The notes beneath the pieces were generated by a model. That model saw nothing but the letters and a program-made list of their open reading frames with translations. It did no database searches and was not told where the DNA came from. This document shows, piece after piece, positions 13,301-26,555 of a DNA stretch of 64,000 nt (the stretch's first letter is position 1; every line of letters starts with the position of its first letter). The translations under genes and the position numbers were made by a program. The stretch is from Octopus vulgaris (Eukaryota): NCBI GenBank assembly GCA_951406725.2, contig OX597823.1, positions 71,610,001-71,674,000 on the forward strand. Direction: 5' to 3'.

Positions 13301-15802
13301 CATTACTCTTGGAACCTCAGAAGGGTCTGCACATAGCCATCTGTCATTTCTTCTGTTAGCTTTCTGGTCCTGTTCAAAGTTTTTCTCATCTGAGAAAAAC
13401 CAAATCTCACCATCTTCTAGTGGATATTTAAGTTTGTTCAGAAGTCGTTTGGATCTGATTAAACAGTTTTCTTTTTTTTTTTCTGGCATGAATTGACCTC
13501 TCCTCATCGTGTAAGATTTGTTTCTGATGTCTTCGTGCACAACATTTCTGATTGTTTTTTTCTGACACACAAAATTTTTTTGCAATTGACCTCATTGATT
13601 TTTCTGGATTATCTTCAATGTTTTGCTAAACTTCCTAAATAAATTCAAGTGTCCTGATAGCATCAGAGTGTTGGGAATGTTTTTCATGCTTTGATACCAG
13701 TAATACATCTCCATCCTCTTTCTCTAACTCATACCGAATCTTGTGAACAAAAGATCTTACAAAATTTCTAAATCACCATGCTCAGCTTTCAAAGCCACAA
13801 TCACAGCATGCCTTTTCATTTCATCATCATCATCATCATCGTTTAACGTCCGCTTTCCATGCTAGCATGGGTTGGACGATTTTGACTGAGGGCTGGCGAA
13901 CCAGATGGCTGCACCAGACTCCCATCTTGATCTAGCAGAGTTTCTACAGCTGGATGCCCTTCCTAACGTCAACCACTCCGAGAGTGTAGTGGGTGCTTTT
14001 ACATGCCACCGACATGGGGGCCAGTCAGGCAGTACCGGCAATGACCTTGCTCAAATGTTTTTACAAGTGCCAGTAAGGCGACGCTGGTAACAATCATTAG
14101 TAAAAATAGAACCTGTCCTTGTCATTTTCTGAAACTGAAGTTCAATAAAAATTATTAAAATAAAATGACTAAAAATGCATGTGTCCTCAAATATTGTCCA
14201 CACTCTGTATATTATATGTTATGTGTCGTTATATATATCCTTTATTTGTGCATAACACTCTAGTGTTTGAATCTGTTGAATTTATTCCAAATTGTAAGAT
14301 TTATACTTTCTAAATCATTCAGCTCAGTTGAAGTTGTTCTGTTTATGTTTTGCATTTGTCTCATAAAGTTTAACGAAACAGTTTGAAGTTTTATCCAACG
14401 GTGTTTCTACTCTCTTGACATTGTTAGTTGTTCTGTTTATCTTTTATATTTGAAAGTTGATTCTGCATTTCTTTATTTTATCTCCATGTAATAAAATGCA
14501 ATGCTGTTTTAGTTTTTCTCATCTGGCATTTTTGCATAACATTAAGGTAAAAAAAAGCACTTGTAGCTCATATGATCGTAATGATGCACAGCAGTCAATG
14601 TATTGTTTGCAACCATCTCTGCAGAGAGATCATGTGTGATCCATTTTCGAAACTTTGTCACTTTACCAATTCTTTTCAGTTTGTGAAGAATAGCTGTATG
14701 GCTCACATTGAAGCCGGTGCTTAGTTTCTAAACTGTAACAGCTGGGTTTGCTTCAGTGGTAACTTTCAATATATCAGGATTTAATACCCTTGGATGCCTC
14801 TCTTGATTCATCCAACAGGTGGTAGTCTTCATTCCTGACTCATGGAAACCATCTTCTGCATGTTCTGTCAGTCACTATGCCATCACCGTAAGTCTTTTGG
14901 AGTGATTTTGCTGCTACACCTGCACTGTTGCCTTATTGTAATTCCTAAAGAATAAAGTGATGAATATGTTCTTTGATCGGAGTCAACATGGGTCCAATAC
15001 AACAACTTCACTTATGATACAATTGACGAAATGTGAAAGAAAATGAAAGAAAATTATATACAAACGATTTTGCCATATTTTAAAACAGAACTGAGAAGTT
15101 AAACACTTTTAGATTTAAGTAGATATTTACTTAAAAGGAAACAAAACAGAATTTCTTTACTACCTGATATATATACATATATATTTATATATGATGAATA
15201 AAAAATATATGCATATATATTTTTCTATATATATATATATAACATAAGAGGGATCAGCCATCTGAATGTGGCTAGGGTCAGGGCGGGGTGGTGGGGGTGT
15301 TACTGATGCATTTAGCCCCAGGCGAACATCGACGTCACCAGAAGAGCTGACACCATCTCGGTGTCCTTGCCAGCCAGCAAAGGGAGATCAACCTCCCCGA
15401 AGATACGGATACTACACACGGACCGGTTTCGAGGTTACTGCCTCTTGTCAACGTATGGTAAGCACCGCTCTTCGTTGAGGGACTTCCTCTGCAGGCTGGA
15501 TATATATAGATTTTCACAGTAACCACAGTCACTGGCGTAGAAAATCTGTTCGAAAACAATAATAAATCTCTGGGCGAGATATAAACAGTAACTGCTCTAT
15601 AACATAAGAGGGATCAGCCATCCTTATAATATAGGCATGCACGTATATATATTATTATTATAGAAACACAGAAAAAAATGGAGATAAGATTAATAAAAAT
15701 TTATTAATACATTGACCAGACATACAATTGTTTAATAAATTATTCATGCATTAATAGATATATTAATAAATTTTTATTAATCTTATCTCCATCTTCTCTC
15801 TT

Positions 15803-15838
<36 letters not shown>

Positions 15839-15991
15839 CGTGTGTGTGTGTGTGTGTCATTATTCAGCTTTATTTCAAGATTTCTTACCAATAGAGAAAG
15901 AGCTGGTTTCTAACTGAGATCCAAGGCTCCTTCATTGGAATTTCAACAACATCAACAGTGTATTTTTTGTATGTATGTATGTATGTATGTA

Positions 15992-16035
<44 letters not shown>

Positions 16036-19000
16036 TGTGTGTGCGTGCAGATTTGTATGTTTTGTTTTATGTATGTATTTTCATGCATAGCTGCATGTCT
16101 TGACATGCTCATATATATAATTAAATGATAAACTTCTAGATAGTTCCAGTGATGGCTTGGATTTGTAATCTTCAAATCAGCTTTCTCCCTTCTGGTTTCG
16201 AGAAGCCTATGTTCTTGATATTGGTATTTAGGGAGTGTGTTACATATCTCAGCATCCCAATAATTACAGGTATAAACCTGAACTTATGATCTGGATAGTT
16301 TGGATAGAGTAATGGTATGTATGCATGTATGTATGTATGTATGTATATATGTATGTATGTATGCATGTATGTACGTATGTATGTATGCATGTATGTATGT
16401 ATGATTGGGTGTGTAAGAAATAGAGGGGGAGGGAGGGAGGTTACTATGAGAGTTTGTAGAATATTGTGAAGTATAGCATTTGTATATAAGCTGGGGGATG
16501 CATTTATGTGTGTTCAAGACTTTTCTTGTTCAAGTTTGTAGTGGTTGTATCGTGATGATGCCAAAAAACACATAATTTAGATAAAATTCCACAGAATTTA
16601 TTCTCATTCTCATATTGTATATGCAGATACAAATGGATTTGTTACCTTGAAACATATTGAAATAGTAGTAATAGAGGTGATCTCACAACTCAAAAACTGT
16701 TCCATTAATTTTTATTCCTACATTTTATTTAAATGTTTTAAGTGATAGAATTGCTGTATTTTCATCAAATGATAGTTAGTTGAAAACCAGTATTAGTATT
16801 TAATATTCTCCATGAAGATTGTGCTGATTTGGTCTTGTGATGTGGAGGGATGCCAACAGCTTCAGAAAGAAGTACTGATCTCTCAAAGTGGATGGAATTC
16901 ATGGAAGAGAGAGACCTAGGAAGACATGGGATGAAGTGCTGAAGGAGAACCTCAGTCTGCTGAACATTTCAGACAAGATGATAAAGGACTGAGATACCTG
17001 GCACCTTGATGTACTCAAGAAAATCTGTTCTCCACAGCAAAGGTGTTACGGTCACATCCCTTGGTGAAAGGATTGGCCTGCAAGAGTCTTGTGCTGGTGC
17101 CACATAAAAAGCACTTACGCCAGCACCATGTAAAAGCACATGTGCTGGTGCCACTTTGTAAGTATCCTGCACACACTGTAAAGTGGTTGGCGTTAGGAAG
17201 GGCATTCAGCCATGAAAACCAAACCGAATCAGACTGGAACCTGGTGAAGCTCTCTTGTTTGCCGGCTCTGGTCAAACTGTCCAACCCATGCCAACATGGA
17301 AAACAGATGTTAAAGGATGATGATTATAATAAATGTTCACACCAATAGTATCAGGACACTTTTCATTAACCTTCATAGTCCAATGGAGTGTGCTGATCTT
17401 TGCTTTCTGCAACATCAGGCAATTGTGAGACAAATATCTACCTCAGTAAACTGCTTTTCTATCACTGGTAGAATTGTACTCCTATAAAACACACATCACT
17501 TTCACAATGCTGCTGCTTATATGGTAAGTTGTTCATAAAATCTGCTATTTTAGAGTTAACTATCTTGGTTACAGACTTAACACACTGCTGGGGAGGGGGC
17601 ATAAACCACCAACTTCTCAGTTTGTTGGCTCCTTCTCTAATCACTGGACAATTTTTTCTCCTTCTCACCTGTAGTATTACAGGTTCTTAACTGATCTGTA
17701 TGATGACAGACTTCCTTGACCCTTTCATGAATTCATTCAAAAACATGAGGCTAAAAGCAAAACTACACATTATTCATTCTAATTCTGTTATCTCATCACT
17801 TCTCTCTAATTATCCATCTGAGAGGCAACCACCAGTTGATAAATTCTGATATCACATTTTGTGTATTTACGAGCAATTCTTAATTTTACATCCTCTCAGT
17901 TAACCCTACTGATAGTCAGTGTCATTTATCTGTTTAACACTCATTTAATTTATGAAAGTATACAACTTCTTGGTTAATTAATCATTTCATTGATTCAGTT
18001 GCTGTTTCCCAAGGCTGTATATTCAGAGTGAACTTATAAGTCACTGCAATATTTCTACTTATAAATATAGTATCTTAATTTTCATTGCTTTTTATTATTA
18101 TTATTATCATCCTTATTGTGTCACTGGTGTTTCTGTCTTGAATTATTTTTGATATATTCCTCCCAGTAATATTCATTAACTTTCTCCAAACCTTTATTTT
18201 AACTGCAACGAGACCATGTATATCGAGTCCCTTTTTCAGGTGAAAATATAAATGCTACTATTAAATGCAACTTTCCCTTTTGTTCGGCACATTGTGTTGT
18301 CATTAAAATTACTGTACACCTGATACTGTTCCTAAAATTACACATTGACAAGAAAATATTTTTCTAAATGATCAGTTTCTCAGAAATAACCTGGAAAATT
18401 ATTACTTGTTTTGAATTTTGATATCTCTAAAATAGTTTCATTTGTTCTCAGGGAACTGCGAAGACTGTCATGGTGCAAGCCTATTGCAGTAAATACAATC
18501 CAGAAGAACACCTTTTCAAGAGTTTTAGCTTTTCCAGTGCTTCAACTCCATTAATGTTTCAAGTAAGCTGGAATTTTTTTGTTTTTATTATTAAAAAAAA
18601 CAAAAAACAGAAGTTGGGGTGGTTTATTGCCTATTTAAATGCCTGTTGAAACTACAACACAGCTTCAGATGTAATTTTATTATATAATAACTAACTCAGT
18701 TGGAGAGCTCTTCTTTCCTTGGCAGCTCATAAATGTCACTCATTAGATACAAACTGTAGAATTTAGAGTATTCAATTAGCACCTTACCACATCATTCTTG
18801 CACATGGTTTTGTTAGATATTAGCATGTTATTTGATATAAAAAATTCTCAACAAAATATAATAGCAGTTAGCATATTCACATTTGAATTTGCTGAAATAT
18901 ACTAAGAATGAATATGTATTTCATTGTTTTGATTCTCACTGTTCTTTGTGTACATGATGATTTGTTATCAGTTTGGCATGCATCAATAAATAATTTGTTG

Positions 19001-22000
19001 ATTTCTATAAACAAATGCACTCGCTCTTGTTTAGATTCAGTGATCAGAAGGTAATTTTGACTAAAGAGATGCAACAAGGTTGAAACACCGCAGTGTCTCA
19101 CAGTCACCTTATGTCAATGAATCCAGAAGGTGTTCTCTGAAGAGAAAATACTACAGCAGTTAGCATAATTACGATTGATTCTGCGAGATATATTAAGAAT
19201 AAATATGTCATTGTGTGTGTTTATCTATCTGTCTGTCAGTCTGTCCATCCATCCATCCATCCGTCCGTCCATCCGTCCGTCCGTCCGTCCACCCACCTTT
19301 TTGTACTGAAGGCAGTGTCATTAAATACTGAGTTGACATTATTTCTTGCCAAGAATGTAGTTAATTACTGTGATTCTAAATGGCCAAATGAAATGGTATA
19401 CAGTATTGTTGTACTCCTTTTCTTCTGAGTTGAAGTTCTGCTAAGTTCAACTTTGCATTTCATCCTTCTAGCATTGACAAAATAAGGAACTGCCAAGCTC
19501 TGATGTTGTTCTTTCAAAATACCTGGTCTTAAAATTATTGTTTACTTGATGTGATGAATTTCCAGGAATAGTAAAAAGTTTGATTAAATGGCAAACATCA
19601 TTTAGTTCGCTCCTTCTAGTTCTGACTTCAAATCATGCCAACGTTGACTTTACTGTTCATGCTGCGAAAGACATTTATTTAATTAACTATCAAGTAATAC
19701 AATAAATTTCATTCTATTTATTCTTTTCTTACCAGGGAACAATTCTCTTTACTCTATTTAAAATATTTCAGCAGCTGATTTTACTGATATTTATTCTGGT
19801 TGATTATTAAAACCTTGAACAAAGTATTTACTGAGATTAAGTTTAAAGTAGCAATTATTTTGAATTAGACCAGAATCTAGTCTTTGATAGAGATGAAATA
19901 GTGCTGTAGTTTGTATTGTAATAATCAGCTTTTGTGTTAGTTTTTTTTTTGTTTGTTTTTGGGGTTTTTCTTTCTTTTTTTTTTCAAAATTAATAAGCTG
20001 TGAAGTTGAGGCTGATATTGTTTAACAGTTCTTTTGCATGATATTGAGCTGGTAGTTTGTTTGAGGAGGTTATGCATTGTCCCCAGAATTGGTGACTTAA
20101 TAAAACAAAATGAAGGATGTCCAGTTCTATCATAAGCTGGTGTTAAGAATACTAATGTTTCAGGTGATGTCCTTCAAAAGAACAGATCTGTCTGCAAGAA
20201 CTGAGCTAAATATAAGAATAGAGCAGTAGCGAGATTAATTTCATAATAGCATGTTTTAGATTTAAATAATCGAAAGAAGGCTCCATGCATAAGTCTCTAA
20301 TGATTGTTTGTGTGACCAATCATGATGCTGAAATACTTTGTCAAGTCAGGCATTTGGATTTACATGGGATACTGAGCTCATATCCAATCGTATTGCACAA
20401 TAGAGCACCAAAAGTGGCAGATTAAAAATGCTCGTTTGAGCCCCTTTTTGTTAATGAATAACATGAGGTTTTACATTTTAATTCAGAGGGGAGATTTTGT
20501 TTTCAAGAAGCTAAGTTACACTAATTTTGTTCCTGCTGAAGCACATGTAACCAAGTTTGACTGAGTTGAAAAGCGAACTATGTATGATGTCCTACAGATG
20601 GCAGTTTTTGTGGTGTATTAATCTGGTTCACTGTATAGTTTTATTTAACAGAAGAATAAAGTGTTGCTGTTAATTGAAAGCTCGTTTCAGGTATTATTTC
20701 CACTGTTTTATATGCAACTCATGAGAAGCAAAGATTTGTAATAAGAGGGCCAGAGACACATCCTTCCAGCTTAAGAGCTAACTATAAAAACAGGATTAAT
20801 TAGATGATGTAAATTCAATCAATTTTCACCTAGAATTGTTATGGATTATACAACAAGCATAAAATGGGTAAATTTCTTTAATTTTAGCAAGATGTTTAGC
20901 ATAATCTCTGACAGAATGAGACAAAAGCAGAAGATATTGGTCATGTAATGGTTGAGTACAACTATGGAACTTTGATAGAATTTAGAGTAAAAAATATTTT
21001 ATTTTGTGTCAGTTCATATATTGTGTCATCTAATAATGCACAATAGTAAAACTTGAGAAATATTATGTGGTATTAAATGCGAGGTTCTTGGAAGGTCTCA
21101 CCAACGATTGCTAAGATGAACTAAAGAACATTAAAAATTCCTTTTTCAGCGTACTATGGAAAGTTATGTGGAAAAAAGAATGGGTACAACATATGGCCCC
21201 CCAGCTGGAAAAAGACTCACTATATTTATTGATGACATCAATATGCCAATTATCAATGAGTGGGGTGATCAGGTAATATAAAATTTTAATGTTTTATAAT
21301 AACTCTTGCCCTGTGTTCAGAGTGTACTTCTGACTATTTTACATGTCACTTTTTTTTTCTTTATTTATAAACATATTGTTCGGTCATTTAAACACTATAA
21401 ATTTCAACCAATCTGTTTTTATCAAACAAAATAAATCATTTAATTCTTCTTTTCCCTATTCTGCAATTGTTGTGATTGATTTATGTATTTGAACAAAATA
21501 ATTTGAAATTTTTTTAATGAATTAAAAAAACATTCATCACGAAACTGTAGCATTAAATAAATTTTTTAATAAGCGTTTCAAATCATTAACTTTACATAGC
21601 TCAACACATAATCAACTCATCTCAAGCAATATTCAATTGAAATTAATGTGTTGATGTATATCAGGCAACATTGTTAGATTTTAGTATGGTAACAGAGTGA
21701 TGCCCTTAGTAGGATAGGTAGGGAAGAAGATGGGAGAAAATAAAATACGATAAAATAAAATAGGAAAAATACAATTAAAGGAGGAAAATGAAATACAATA
21801 AAATAAAGTAAAACAATATGAAATATAACAAAAGTAGTAGATTAAAAGTTTAATTTTTTGCATTAGATTTATGGATATAGAAATATTTTAAAAGTTCACA
21901 AATATAAAGTCTTTAATGGTTTGTGGACATAAAAGTTTTAATAGTTTAAGGATGTATAAAAGGTTTATGGATATACAAGTAGGTATAAAAGTAGATAGGA

Positions 22001-23398
22001 GGATAAATAGACAGAGAGGCCAATTGGTAGGTGGATATATAACTAGATAGATGGATTGACAGGTATATATATATATATATATATATAGAAAGACAGACAT
22101 ACAGACAGACAGATTGTTCAGTAGGTAGAGAGAAAGATAGACTGTTCATCCTGTATATGGCATGTAACCTGGGGTGAATCTTGTTGATGAATGTTATAGC
22201 TTATTTAGTGAGCGCTTTTGAATTGATTCTTCATCAGACTTTTTAACCTTTACTTTTGAGTCTTTTTTGATGTTGGTTAGTTTTACATTCTTTCATGATT
22301 AAAGATCCTGGAAGCAGTAGATGTGTTTCCATGGTTCCAGCTCATTTCAGTGGTTCAGGTTAGATGCTTACTTCTTAATAAAGTGTGCCTCTATAATCCT
22401 GAGGCTAATTGCATCCTTCCCCACTTGCTATTGTGCAGGTGGAGTAATCCCCATCACAGTGTTGGTGGTATTGGAACATAGTATTGGACAATATGGCCGT
22501 GTAGAGATGTTCCTTCACACTAAGGTGAAGATGTGTTTTCTGGCCAATGGTATGCCAGGCGAGCTGGCAGAAACGTTAGCATGCTGGGCGAAATGCTTAG
22601 CGGTATTTCGTCTGCCACAACATTCTGAGTTCAAATTCCGCCAAGGTCGACTTTGCCTTTCATCCTTTCGGGGTCGATTAAATAAGTACCAGTTACACAC
22701 TGGGGTCGATATAATCGACTTAATCCGTTTATCTGTCCGTGTTTGTCCCCTCTATGTTTATCCCCTTGTGGGTAGTAAAGAAATAGATATGCATGCCACA
22801 GCAGAAAATAAGGATTAAAAACGTTTGATGAAGCATCACCAATTCAAAAGTGCTCAGTAAATAAGATATAACACCTACCAACAAAGCTCACACCAGGTCA
22901 CACACCATGCATAGGGTAAACTATCTATCATTCTATCTACTACTGAACTATCTATCTGTCATCTTTTGCTCAATCTATCTGTCTACCTAGCTATCTCCCT
23001 ATCTAACTGACTGTTTATCTACTCCCTATATACTTGTGTATCCATAAACCTGTTATACATCCTTAAAGTTATAAACTTTTATATCCACAAATCTTTAAGG
23101 CTTTTATATTTTTCTTTTATTCTTTTATTTTTTCTTTGTTTTAGTCACTTGACTGTGGCCATGCTGAAGCACTGCCTTGAAGGGTTTTAGTCGATCAAAT
23201 CAATCCCAGGACTTATTTCTTGAGCCTAGTACTGATTCTATCAGTCTCTTTCGCCAAATCACTAAGTTACAGGGATATAAACACAACAACATTGGTTGTC
23301 AAGCAGTGATAGGGGAGGTCAAACACAGACACAAAGACACACACACAGATATATACATACACATATATACATACATACATATATACATACACACACAT

Positions 23399-23448
<50 letters not shown>

Positions 23449-23605
23449 CAAAAAGGGTAAAATATAATTAATTTAATAAAATTAATAAATTTCACCTAGT
23501 TGTTTTATTGGTATGGAAAAGACCATATTTGGTAAGGATTATATTAATTTTTGGTATGTGGTTTTGAGCAACTTGTTGCAATTAACCCTTTATTATAATT
23601 AATAT

Positions 23606-23647
<42 letters not shown>

Positions 23648-23811
23648 GTTTAACGTCTGTTCTCCATGCTAGCATGGGTTGGACGGTTCAACTGGGGATC
23701 TGGGAAGCCAGATGGCTGCACCAGGCTCCGGTCTTATCTGGCAAAGTTTCTACAGCTGGATGCCCTTCCTAACGCCAACCACTCTGAGAGTGTAGTAAAT
23801 ATATATATATT

Positions 23812-23844
<33 letters not shown>

Positions 23845-26288
23845 AAGTTAATCCAAACAAGAAAACAAAAAAACACAACAACGCGAAGATGTGGAACAAA
23901 TATAGTATTATTGGACGCTCAGGAAAGAAGGAAAGAAGGAGGGTTTAACGTTTCGAGCGGAGCACTTCGTCGGAAACATAGGAGAAGGAAAGATCCAGAG
24001 AAGGGAAGACAGAGGAAAAAAAAATCGTCAATGGTACACATGAGGTCACATTTTGAAAATATATATGTAGGCTTCTTTCACTTTCGTCTGCCGAATTCAC
24101 TCACAAGGCTTTGGTCAGCCCTAGGCTATAGTAGAAGGCACTTGCCCAAGGTGTCATGCAGTGGGACTGAACCCAGAGCCATGTGGTAGGGAAGCAAGCT
24201 TCTTACCTCACAGCTGCAGCTGTGCCTATTTGTGAACTTTTAAAAAATGTTTCTATCCATGTACCTATTACAGAAAATTAAACCTCCTTCTACTCCACTA
24301 CTTTTTATTATATCTTATATTGTTTTACTTTATTTTATTTTGTCTTATTTTTTTTCTCTCATCTTCCTCCCTATCTGTCCTACTAACAATATTACACTGT
24401 TATCATACTAGAATAATGTGAAATTATGACATTGTTACAATTTTCATAATGACTACTCTCAGAGTGGTTGGCGTTAGGAAGGGCATCCAGCTGCAGAAAC
24501 TCTGCCAGATCAAGATTGGAGCCTGGTGCAGCCATCTGGTTCGCCAGCTCTCAGTCTAAATCGTCCAACCCATGCTAGCATGGAAAGCGGACGTTAAACG
24601 ACGATGATGATGATGAATCTTCATATAACTAACTTTGTTTCAAAAAGTTATAGTATTAATAACAGCTACTAATACTAGACAAATAGAAAATTATCTCCTC
24701 ACATCTCCAAAATAGGGAGTATCCACCATGTGCATAAATGCATTTAATCCTTAAAGTAGTTCTCTACTTAAGCTGCTAGGACAGCAGCAACATCTACAAC
24801 AAATCACACTCAGCTGTCTTGATAAAGGGAATGGGATATCTGCATCCAGGATAATGTATTCCTGGATATAATCTCTATATATATAAAGCTGAAGTTGTCT
24901 GTGTATGGCAGGTTTGGTAGCCTTTAACTAACACTATCTCCTCTGAGACCCTGCGGTGCAAGTTGACCAAAATTGAGAGTATGATAGAAGACGGCTTGCT
25001 CTTCCTTCCGTAGAAGAAAAATTCAAATCGGACAATGTTAACACCAAAAATTATTTACATCAAAAAGGTGCTTTTTTTCTATGAAAATCCCTACTTTTTA
25101 CGATTTTTTGACTGCTGTGTCACCTTTTTTTGGTGTATTTCAACCAAAAAAACCTTCACTTAAAGAGAATAACAAGCTACATAATGCAAAATTTTTACTT
25201 TTCAAAGATTCCAATTCTAAAGGGTCGAAACAAACCTGAGCAATGCTGGGCAATACTGCTAGTATAACCTTAAACACAAGTTAGCAATCATTGAGGCTAA
25301 CCATTAATCATGCTGAGATCACTTCAGTATCATAGTTTACAAACACATTGCAACTATGCGTAAGTCTAACTAATTATAAATACGTTTTTAATGTGTTTTT
25401 TTTCTTTGATTTAATGCAAGTTTATCCACCAAATTTATTTTGAAATTTTAATTGATCAGTTGAAATCAGTTTTTGGTCAGATATCAACATTTTTACCCTA
25501 CACTCGCTGGTAAATCTAAGCAGGATTTACAAAGAATCTCTGGAGACCATGCTCTTTTGGTCAAATGACTTCAACTGAAGTAGGAATAGCTTCCTTTGGA
25601 AGATTTGTTATATAGGCTTTGTACATGTGCTTGTAGATAAGTATTTTCTATAGAAATTCCTATTTAGACTAAATATAAGCTTACTCAATTCAATTGTAGT
25701 TAGACTTCCATGTGAGAAATGACTCTTTGATTTTAAAATTGGGCTGAGAATTGTTAGATAAGTTAAACATGGCAGTGGCTTTAAGTTAATGCTCTGTATT
25801 AAGCACATGCTCTTGACTTTCATTCTACTAAATCTTCCAATATGGTTTGTCTGTGTAAAAGACACATAATTTTTCCTGCTTTTAATGTATTTGATTGTTA
25901 ATGCAATCTACATTAACTTTCATAGTGGCTTGCATTAAAAAGGATACCACTATGCTAGCATGGGGAAAATGGATATAAGCAATTTGTTATGATTTAGATA
26001 TCTTTATTATTGCTTGCTTGCAAATCCATTTTATTAGAATATTCATTCTAATGTCTGTTTGCATTGCAATAGAGTATGGAGTATAACCGAAATAGGAATA
26101 GCTCAAATGGTGTGATGTATTGATATACATTCAAGTAAGACTATATACAATTTTATTATGTGTAAGCAAGGCACACGTCATGGGTGAATATTCAATGAAG
26201 ACAGAAGGAATTAAAATAAAATGTCAACAAAAGAGCTTATCACCCCAAGACAATATGTTAAAATATTTTGACAACAAAATGATTTACT

Positions 26289-26327
<39 letters not shown>

Positions 26328-26514
26328 TCAAATCAATTAAGATTCAAGTAAATTCCAATGAATTTACTTTATCTGCTGCAATTTTTGCAACTTGTAATAA
26401 AGCCTGTCTTTGTATGAAACAATTGTACTAAAAACTAATCCATTCTTGTTGCTTCTTTCTCGTATATATATATATGATAGGATGGACACTGAGAATGGAA
26501 ATGGATGTGTGTGC

Positions 26515-26555
<41 letters not shown>

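Larger units (their letters stand above)
21681..24412 (-). mobile_element. Old Penelope-like element with inverted pLTRs, carrying nested insertions
   Basis: Arm 21681-22250 is the inverse of 22815-23110 plus 24228-24412. Between them, a minus-strand EN C-terminal remnant ([26 protein letters not shown]). Hammerhead-like motif in both arms (22208-22240, 22822-22858). Confidence 0.7.

Noticed and set aside
15858-15968. Repeat (second copy 61680-61790) with ATGAAG..GAAACC on the minus strand
   Set aside because: Probably a PLE-type end in microsatellites, but the core is too divergent to call a ribozyme.
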